NCBI GenBank assembly: GCA_036170915.1
Contig: JAVHQC010000033.1
Coordinates: 32,001 to 96,000 of the forward strand
Origin: Cyanobacteria bacterium auto_48_18
GTDB lineage: Bacteria; Cyanobacteriota; Vampirovibrionia; Obscuribacterales; Obscuribacteraceae
Direction: 5' to 3'
DNA length: 64,000 nt
Part shown: positions 57,108 through 64,000 of the stretch, in pieces
How positions within the stretch are numbered: the first letter of the stretch is position 1
Layout of the letters: the number at the start of each line of letters is the position of its first letter
Program-made: the position numbers and the translations under genes
The notes under the pieces: generated by a model
What the model was told of the DNA's origin: nothing
What the model saw: the letters and a program-made list of their open reading frames with translations, nothing else
Database searches by the model: none

Positions 57108-58559
57108 ATGTTGAAAAATTGCCTGCCTGCATATTTTGCACTGTCGCTGGCACTATTAACAGTTAACAGCCATTTCTGCCCTGGTGCTGAGGCAAAAACC
57201 TTTAATACCGACGCAGAAAGTGCGCCATCTATTGCCGTACGCTCGTCAAAGCCGCCTCATTTAACGGCAGCTGACAATAAAATGTTAGAGCAGATCCAGA
57301 AAGCTCACTTTCAATATTTTTTACAGCACAGTAATTCGACAACGGGGCTAACAAAAGATCGTTCTCGTAAAAATTCGGCTTGCAGTATTGCCGCGGTTGG
57401 CTTTTCACTCACCGCATATGGTGTGGCTGCCCACCATGGTTGGATCGCGCGCGAGCCGGCTGCTGATTACACGCTTAAAGTATTGAATACGCTTTTAGAA
57501 GGCAAACAAGGCAATGAAGCTAAAGGCGTTAATGGTAATCACGGATTTTACTATCACTTTCTAGATTGTCACACCGGTCTGCGAGACGGTTTGTGCGAGC
57601 TCTCCACTATTGATACTACTTTGCTGCTTGCCGGAGTACTTTACAGCAAAAATTATTTCACCACTGATAGTGCCAAAGAAACAAAGATAAGAGATTTAGC
57701 GGAGCAAATGTACAAGCGGGTCGACTGGAATTGGGCTGCTCGTAATTCAGACAGAATTAGCATGGGTTGGACTCCTGAGCGTGGTTTCATTGAGCGCAAC
57801 TGGACTGGATACGATGAAGCCAGTCTGTTATGCCTGTTAGCGATGGGCTCGCCCACACACGCTACGCCGGCTTCTACGTGGCATAAATACATTGCTAGTG
57901 GAAAAATCGGCTCACCCTACGGCCGCAGACAGATGCAATTTGGTCCACTCTTCGGACACCAGTACACACAAGTGTGGGTAGACATGCGACAGCTGGAAAA
58001 TAGCACCACTAGAACAATAGGGCATGATTTTTTTCAGAATTCACGCATGGCCACTTTGACCCAACATGATTATGCAATTGAGAATCCGCTAAAATACGAT
58101 GGTTATAGCGCCTTAGACTGGGGGCTAACTGCCTGCGATGGCCCAGGGAGTATCGACAAAATTGTAGGTGGGCGAAAGCGGAAGTTTTATAATTATGTGG
58201 CCCGGGGCTATCCGAGCATTCCTCCTTCACCAGATGATGGCACCATAGCACCAACAGCGGCTGTGGGCTCGCTTCCTTTTGCACCAGAGATTGTGATGCC
58301 GACATTACGTCACTGGTTAAAAAATCGGCCGGAGATTTTTAGTGAAGTTGGTTTTAAAGATGCTTTCAATATGACTTTTGAACGGTCAAAACCTTCTGGG
58401 TGGATTGATTCGGAATGCATCGGTATTGATCAAGGTCCTATACTTCTTATGATCGAAAATTACCGCACGGGCTCTGTGTGGAAAGTTATGGAAAAGGATC
58501 CTTACATTCAGGCTGGTTTAAAAAAAGCCGGTTTTGTAAAGCGTGAGCACATGAATTGA
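57108..58559 (+). CDS. Secreted 'glucoamylase family' protein, GH144-like endo-beta-1,2-glucanase candidate
   Basis: SIAAVGF, GFYYHF, ELSTIDT, RVDWNW, MGWTPE, PLFGHQY, WGLTACDGP, DDGTIAP, GIDQGP, IENYR; alternative start 57072. Confidence 0.82.
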   Translation: MLKNCLPAYFALSLALLTVNSHFCPGAEAKTFNTDAESAPSIAVRSSKPPHLTAADNKMLEQIQKAHFQYFLQHSNSTTGLTKDRSRKNSACSIAAVGFSLTAYGVAAHHGWIAREPAADYTLKVLNTLLEGKQGNEAKGVNGNHGFYYHFLDCHTGLRDGLCELSTIDTTLLLAGVLYSKNYFTTDSAKETKIRDLAEQMYKRVDWNWAARNSDRISMGWTPERGFIERNWTGYDEASLLCLLAMGSPTHATPASTWHKYIASGKIGSPYGRRQMQFGPLFGHQYTQVWVDMRQLENSTTRTIGHDFFQNSRMATLTQHDYAIENPLKYDGYSALDWGLTACDGPGSIDKIVGGRKRKFYNYVARGYPSIPPSPDDGTIAPTAAVGSLPFAPEIVMPTLRHWLKNRPEIFSEVGFKDAFNMTFERSKPSGWIDSECIGIDQGPILLMIENYRTGSVWKVMEKDPYIQAGLKKAGFVKREHMN

Positions 58560-58580
58560 TAGCTTGTGGAGGACTGATCG

Positions 58581-59705
58581 GTGAAATTTTTGCGCAGCGG
58601 TAAATTGCTATTTTTGCTTCTTTCTATGTTGTGTTCGTCGCTGCCCGTCCTTGCGCAGGACGAAAAACGTTGGACTGAAGAGCAGGTTAACAGCTGGTAT
58701 CAGAAGGTCGGCCGGCAAGTGGGAAGTAATTACGTTCCTGCCAGTGCCGTGAATCAGTTGGAAATGTGGCAAGGCTCTACATTTGACGAACCGCAAATCG
58801 ACAAAGAACTGGCCTGGGCAGAATCGATTGGCATGAATACCATGAGAGTTTTTCTCCATGACTTGTTATGGAAACAGGATCAGTCAGGTTTTAAAAATCG
58901 CATTGAAGCGTTTTTAAAAATCGCTGACAAACACCATATCAAACCTATTTTCGTGCTCTTCGATTCGTGCTGGGATCCGCACCCGGTGCTGGGTCCACAA
59001 CACCCACCTATTCCGGGCGTTCACAATTCTGGTTGGGTACAGAGCCCTGGTGCTCTCGCGCTTAGTGATGAAAAAGAATATTCTCGATTACAAGAATATG
59101 TTGTCGGTGTAATTGGCGCTTTTGCCAATGATCAAAGAATTCTTGCCTGGGATGTTTGGAATGAGCCCAATAATGGCAATCCTGAAGCTTACGGACGCGC
59201 AGAGCTGAAAAATAAGCAGGCATTTGTTGCCAAATTGTTGCCTCAGGTGTTTGACTGGGCACGGTCGGCAAACCCATCGCAACCACTAACTTCTGGTGTC
59301 TGGGACGGCGACTGGTCTCCACAAAATTTAAGCGCTATTCAAAACACTCAATTGGATCGCTCTGATTTCATTTCCTTCCACAATTATGGCTGGCCAGAAG
59401 ATTTCGAAAAGCGTGTGGTGACCTTGCAGCGCTATCATCGTCCGCTGATTTGCACTGAGTATATGGCTCGGGGCGCTGGAAATACTTTTGATACCATTTT
59501 GCCAATTGCAAAAACATATAATGTAGGAGCAATTAACTGGGGTCTAGTGGCAGGCAAAACTCAGACATTTTTGCCATGGGATTCTTGGGCTAAACCTTAT
59601 GTTTTGATGCCGCCGACCATCTGGTTTCACGATGTTTTCAACGCAGATGGTCGGCCCTACCGCGAGCAAGAAGTGAAATTAATTCGGCAGTTTCGAAGCA
59701 ATTAG
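58581..59705 (+). CDS. Secreted clan GH-A glycoside hydrolase (GH5-like, often annotated 1,4-beta-xylanase)
   Basis: VNQLEMWQ, MNTMRVFLH, HNSGWVQSPG, WDVWNEP (acid/base), CTEYMAR (nucleophile), WFHD. Confidence 0.82.
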   Translation: MKFLRSGKLLFLLLSMLCSSLPVLAQDEKRWTEEQVNSWYQKVGRQVGSNYVPASAVNQLEMWQGSTFDEPQIDKELAWAESIGMNTMRVFLHDLLWKQDQSGFKNRIEAFLKIADKHHIKPIFVLFDSCWDPHPVLGPQHPPIPGVHNSGWVQSPGALALSDEKEYSRLQEYVVGVIGAFANDQRILAWDVWNEPNNGNPEAYGRAELKNKQAFVAKLLPQVFDWARSANPSQPLTSGVWDGDWSPQNLSAIQNTQLDRSDFISFHNYGWPEDFEKRVVTLQRYHRPLICTEYMARGAGNTFDTILPIAKTYNVGAINWGLVAGKTQTFLPWDSWAKPYVLMPPTIWFHDVFNADGRPYREQEVKLIRQFRSN

Positions 59706-59748
59706 CCAATTAACTTTGTTAGGGCTTCGGGGGTCTGAAAGAAAAGAA

Positions 59749-59793
59749 AAAGTGGTTTACAGAAAAACACGAGGTTTTTCCGTAAACCACTTT
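59749..59793. terminator. Long hairpin between convergent genes
   Basis: AAAGTGGTTTACAGAAAAAC-ACGAG-GTTTTTCCGTAAACCACTTT, 20-bp stem with one mismatch. Confidence 0.7.
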
Positions 59794-59850
59794 GGTGGCA
59801 AAACTGATAGGGCTGACATGCGCGCTTTTGCTAGTCGCGCGAGTAAAGCG

Positions 59851-62061
59851 CTATACAGTTATGTCGTTGACAAATGCCCTTGCCCAGAATCTTTGCTGAG
59901 CCAAGCACTTCATGAATTTGCCCCCGTCTTTTTCTTTGCCGGTATCAACTACAACGCCATTTTCAACAGTGAAAATGACTTTTGCGTCAATCTTTGGCAC
60001 TGCCGTGCTCAGAGTTGCTAGAACAAGAGCTGCTGCATCTTCGCCTTCGCTGCCAATTGGCTTGCAGTGCTTATACGTTTCAAGAATAAACGTTTTTGCG
60101 CGTGCGTCGCCTTTTAGTGTACTGACACAATCAGCGCCGCCGCCCACTATGACAGCGTCGAAAAGTACAGAACGAGTGGCCGGCAAAGCAAAGTCAACCA
60201 CAATCGCGGTTCCTTTGCTACCAGCAACTGTACCGCCGTGAGGGGCGACAATTTTAGGCACGGCACCAGCAGCTTTGAGAGAAGCCATGGCCGCGTTCAC
60301 TGGAGCTTCTTCAAAACCATCTGCTAAAAGGATAGCGACTTTCAAAGTTTCTGCAGTGTTCACTGGGTTAGCCAAAATGCTCAGTGCCGCTGATGTCTGC
60401 ACTTTTTTACCGCTAGCCGACTGAGGTTGATACCGATCGACTTCAGCGTCGGCCGGTAATTGTCGGTTCATGGGCATTTCAACCTTGACCGGCTTTTTGA
60501 TGCCCAGGCCGCCAGCAACACGAGCGGCAAGATCGGCGTCTACTTGTTGCAAAATGCCAATCTGGCGTGTTTGTATTTCTGCACTGGCAACGTGAAGCAA
60601 TTCAAATTGGAAAGCATCAACAATATGTTGTTGCTCAACATCGGTCTGGCTGAGCCAGAACATACGTGCTTGCGTGAAGTGATCCATGAAGCTAAGGCTG
60701 CGATCTCGTGTCTTCATGCCATTCATTTTTTCCATTGCCGAGACAAATCCAGACATGTCTGCCCCTGCTTGGAATGGACATCCACCCTTAATTGTGTTGG
60801 GCTCATAGCTTGTTGTGCCGCTGTTAATCGTCTGACGCATATGGCCATCTCTTTGATTGTTGTGCACAGGAGCTAGTGATTTATTGATTGGAATCTCGTG
60901 GAAATTTGGGCCGCCTAGTCTCTTTAGCTGTGTATCGAGATAAGAGAAAAGTCTTCCTTGAAGCAATGGATCATTTGTGAAATCAATACCAGGCACCACA
61001 TGGCTGATGCAAAATGCAACTTGTTCTGTTTCGGCAAAAAAGTTTTCTGGATTTCTATTCAAAGTCATGGTGCCGACTATTTCAATTGGAACTTGTTCTT
61101 CAGGAATTACTTTTGTAGGATCGAGAAGATCAAAATCAAAATTGAATTCGTCTTTCACTTCCACTACCTGAACGCCCAGATCCCACTGAGGGAAGCTGCC
61201 TGCTTCAATCGCTTCCCAAAGATCGCGACGATGGAAATCAGGATCTGTACCAGAGATTTTAAGAGCTTCATCCCATAAGACCGAGTGAACACCAAGTCTA
61301 GGTTTCCAGTGGAATTTGACAAAGCGAACAATATTTTTTTCGTCAATTAGTTTAAATGTGTGTACGCCGAAGCCTTCCATCATGCGGTAGCTGCGCGGAA
61401 TTGCACGATCTGACATTACCCACATAAGCATGTGGGTTGCTTCGGTGTTGATGGAAACAAAATCCCAGAATGTATCGTGGGCTGATTGAGCCTGCGGAAT
61501 TTCGTTGTGCGGTTCTGGTTTAACTGCGTGAACAAAGTCTGGGAATTTAATGGCGTCTTGAATGAAGAAAACAGGCATGTTATTGCCTACTAGATCGAAT
61601 ACGCCTTCTTCAGTGTAAAACTTGGTGGCAAAACCTCTAACATCTCGGGCTAAGTCGCTTGAGCCTCGCGAGCCTGCTACTGTTGAAAATCGCGTGAATA
61701 CAGGTGTAACTGCGCCTTCCCGTAAAAAAGCGGCCTTGCAATATTTGCTGCCGGCGCCGTTGGCCTGGAAGGCGCCGTGAGCCGCGCTTCCACGAGCGTG
61801 TACTACTCGCTCAGGAATTCTTTCATGGTCGAAATGAGTGAGTTTCTCTCTTAGAAAATGATCTTCCAGAAGTGACGGGCCGCGGTCTCCGCCTCTTAGC
61901 GAATTTTGATTGTCATTGACACGCACGCCTTGATTAGATGTCAAAAACTGACCATCTGAATCTTCCGTATATTCAGCTAACTGTGCGCTTTTATCTAATG
62001 CCAAGCCATTATTTGATTTATCAGATTTTGATGTTACCTTTGGCGAATTTTTTTTCGGCAT
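59851..62061 (-). CDS. katE: Large-subunit catalase HPII with C-terminal DJ-1-like domain
   Basis: FDHERIPERVVHARG, RFSTV, DLVGNN, RLFSYLDTQL, C-terminal KVAILLADG...FDAV...YKHCK. Confidence 0.97.
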   Translation of the reverse strand: MPKKNSPKVTSKSDKSNNGLALDKSAQLAEYTEDSDGQFLTSNQGVRVNDNQNSLRGGDRGPSLLEDHFLREKLTHFDHERIPERVVHARGSAAHGAFQANGAGSKYCKAAFLREGAVTPVFTRFSTVAGSRGSSDLARDVRGFATKFYTEEGVFDLVGNNMPVFFIQDAIKFPDFVHAVKPEPHNEIPQAQSAHDTFWDFVSINTEATHMLMWVMSDRAIPRSYRMMEGFGVHTFKLIDEKNIVRFVKFHWKPRLGVHSVLWDEALKISGTDPDFHRRDLWEAIEAGSFPQWDLGVQVVEVKDEFNFDFDLLDPTKVIPEEQVPIEIVGTMTLNRNPENFFAETEQVAFCISHVVPGIDFTNDPLLQGRLFSYLDTQLKRLGGPNFHEIPINKSLAPVHNNQRDGHMRQTINSGTTSYEPNTIKGGCPFQAGADMSGFVSAMEKMNGMKTRDRSLSFMDHFTQARMFWLSQTDVEQQHIVDAFQFELLHVASAEIQTRQIGILQQVDADLAARVAGGLGIKKPVKVEMPMNRQLPADAEVDRYQPQSASGKKVQTSAALSILANPVNTAETLKVAILLADGFEEAPVNAAMASLKAAGAVPKIVAPHGGTVAGSKGTAIVVDFALPATRSVLFDAVIVGGGADCVSTLKGDARAKTFILETYKHCKPIGSEGEDAAALVLATLSTAVPKIDAKVIFTVENGVVVDTGKEKDGGKFMKCLAQQRFWARAFVNDITV

Positions 62062-62359
62062 CTTCTATCCTTTTATGTTTTGTTTTCAGGCAAAGCAAAA
62101 TCATTGACAACAATTCTGCCCAAGCGTTAGCACCACTCTCTGCCTCAGCAGAAATAACGCTATTGGTTATGACCTTGAGAGGAACAACCAGTTCCATATA
62201 TTTTTCAGCGCAGAACTTGAAAACTTCATGGGCGCTGTCTTCCAGGCTGTAGCTTAAAAATGTTCAATGAAGTGGCAATCAGAATTAGCTGCGACCACTA
62301 GCTTGGAAACATCGAATTGAGGATGCCGCATACGCGCACAGACTTACTTCCAGACGTAC

Positions 62360-62400
62360 TTATAGAGCTGGCACCACCTATAGTGTTGCCAGCTCTATAA
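62360..62400. terminator. Hairpin downstream of carbonic anhydrase
   Basis: TTATAGAGCTGGCA / TGCCAGCTCTATAA perfect 14-bp stem. Confidence 0.65.
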
Positions 62401-62429
62401 ATTGATAAATAGGGTGCCGAATTGGCCGC

Positions 62430-63101
62430 CTAGATAGTACTGGTGGAGACGATTGTGCGTGGTTTGCGGCGGTCTTTGGTGCTTGCTTCTGTCACCGGTA
62501 CAAACTGACCAATATCTACTTGATAGTTGAAGACATCGCCTGTTTCGATTTTGTACATCCAGCCGTGCAGTCTTAGATCTCGTCTTGCCAGAGCAGCGTA
62601 GACCGTGGGGTGGGTCTTGAGATTTTCCAGCTGAACCAGCACGTTTTCTTGCGTAGCTACCTGCAACATTTGGTCTTCGGTGAGGTCAGTGTAGTTTTCT
62701 TTCACGGTTCGTTTTGTCGCTTCAGCGTGACTTAGCCATGAACTAACAGTAGGAAAATCTTTAATGTCCTCGGGGTGGATTAAACCACGCATGGCACCAC
62801 AGTGGGAGTGCCCACAGATGATGATGTCTTTGATGCCCAGCACGCCTACTGCAAATTCAATAGTTGCGGCTTCACCACCAGCGGTTGCGTTGAATGGTGG
62901 AACAATGTTGCCAGCGTTACGCAAAATAAACAGATCACCCGGATTGGTCTGAGTAATCAAATTTGGATTGATTCTCGAATCGGCGCAGGTAATAAACAAA
63001 GCATCAGGTGTTTGACCCTTGGCCAGACGTTCAAAAAGCTCTTTCTGGGAGTCGAAAATCTCAGATTGAAAATGGTGTAGTCCGGTAATTAATTTCAGCA
63101 T
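62430..63101 (-). CDS. Beta-class carbonic anhydrase
   Basis: FITCADSRI, RNAGN, CGHSHCGA, ENVLVQLENL, LHGWMY. Confidence 0.95.
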   Translation of the reverse strand: MLKLITGLHHFQSEIFDSQKELFERLAKGQTPDALFITCADSRINPNLITQTNPGDLFILRNAGNIVPPFNATAGGEAATIEFAVGVLGIKDIIICGHSHCGAMRGLIHPEDIKDFPTVSSWLSHAEATKRTVKENYTDLTEDQMLQVATQENVLVQLENLKTHPTVYAALARRDLRLHGWMYKIETGDVFNYQVDIGQFVPVTEASTKDRRKPRTIVSTSTI

Positions 63102-63362
63102 GCGGCCTTCAACTTTATCTAGTAGGTGTGCGGTATCTTTCTATAATAGACCTGGTAATTTTCACTAACCTTGCAAGAATGCAAGACAGTCATTTTTAGC
63201 CGGTTAATAGCGGTACATTATCGCCTGCTGATAACCGATTGCCGAATTTTGCGCTCCAGCATTTTGCAAATATAGAATAAAATCAGGTCAGTTGTCAGTG
63301 AAATTGCCAGATGCCAAGACGTCTGGGCTCGATGAAATACACTAACTTTGGGTTTATTTTAG

Positions 63363-64000
63363 ATGCCCGATTTTTGGAAAAGTTTGACAGACGGATTTAT
63401 GCCCCACGGCGTTTGCCTTGGCTGGGATGGGCCATTACTCACGGCCTTCATCGTCGGCAATCTCGGAATTGCTCTGGCTTATCTTTTGATTCCAATGGCT
63501 TTACGTTATTTCATTGGCAAGCGCAAAGACTTACCGTACAGCCATATTTTCAAACTTTTTGCCGCATTTATTCTGTCTTGCGGACTTACTCACGTTGCCA
63601 AAGTATTAACGCTTTATCAGCCTGTTTACTGGGTTGAAGCCGGCCTAGATCTATGGACTGCAGGTATTTCACTGATTACCGCAGCTGTTCTCTTTCCGCT
63701 CATTCCTAAAGCTCTACAGTTGCGAAGCCCCAAAGAGCTTGAGGAAGCAAATAAGCGTTTAGAGGCACAAATAATCGAAACCAAGAAAGCTGAGAGCCTG
63801 GCCGAAGCTGCACGCGCAGAAGCTGAAGTCGCACGTGATCAGGCGGTAAAGGCTAATGCTTTGAAATCGCAATTCGTGGCCAACATCAGTCATGAAATTC
63901 GCACTCCCATGAGCGGTGTAATTGGTATGGCAGAACTTTTGACCAACAGTCCAGATCCGGAAGAAGCGAATGAATTAGCAATCAGGGTCTACGATTCTTC
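63363..64000 (+). CDS. Sensor histidine kinase with ethylene-receptor-like N-terminal membrane domain, 3'-partial
   Basis: Manual translation: FMPHGVC...[13 protein letters not shown]...[12 protein letters not shown]...TAGISLITA...[11 protein letters not shown], coiled coil, [22 protein letters not shown] (HisKA). Not in ORF track because it runs off the window. Confidence 0.88.
   Translation, partial: MPDFWKSLTDGFMPHGVCLGWDGPLLTAFIVGNLGIALAYLLIPMALRYFIGKRKDLPYSHIFKLFAAFILSCGLTHVAKVLTLYQPVYWVEAGLDLWTAGISLITAAVLFPLIPKALQLRSPKELEEANKRLEAQIIETKKAESLAEAARAEAEVARDQAVKANALKSQFVANISHEIRTPMSGVIGMAELLTNSPDPEEANELAIRVYDS

Noticed and set aside
62062..62335. Possible frameshifted small gene on the minus strand between katE and the carbonic anhydrase gene
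   Set aside because: Open stretches exist but no recognisable motif or RBS; cannot be supported
63311..63637. 108-aa ORF in the track
   Set aside because: Out-of-frame shadow of the histidine kinase gene starting at 63363

Overview
A gene-dense bacterial chromosomal window with about 44 CDS and no rRNA, tRNA or CRISPR array visible. Gene style (cyanobacteria-like TypA and NdhD/NdhF-type subunits, no photosynthesis genes, a kinase-TM-LRR protein, many secreted hypotheticals, futalosine-pathway mqnD) suggests a non-photosynthetic cyanobacterial relative (Vampirovibrionia/Melainabacteria, Obscuribacter-like); this placement is inference. Housekeeping content: GS-III (partial), typA, rsgA, glpD, pgeF, divergent nuoM/nuoL, 2-oxoacid:ferredoxin oxidoreductase alpha/beta, serC-serA, mqnD, katE, beta-carbonic anhydrase. 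One complete group II intron (55086-57001) has a visible EBS1/IBS1 match. Two items missing from the ORF track: an ethylene-receptor-like histidine kinase at the right edge (63363 onward; CGxTH motif kept, the ETR1 Asp25 position is Asn) and a decayed FdhF/YdeP-like gene remnant (7126-7306). Other leads: three predicted secreted proteins whose enzyme-family domains have lost key residues (CHAT, matrixin-like, CAP), two of them sharing an unnamed helical module; an 11 x ~82 aa helical repeat protein; a possible ferredoxin-fed complex I module (nuoM <- -> nuoL, small His-rich membrane protein, OFOR with an extra C-terminal domain); and a recurring intergenic motif TGAGATTC-Nx-TGTGAATCTT. All calls come from reading motifs by eye; no database search was run.
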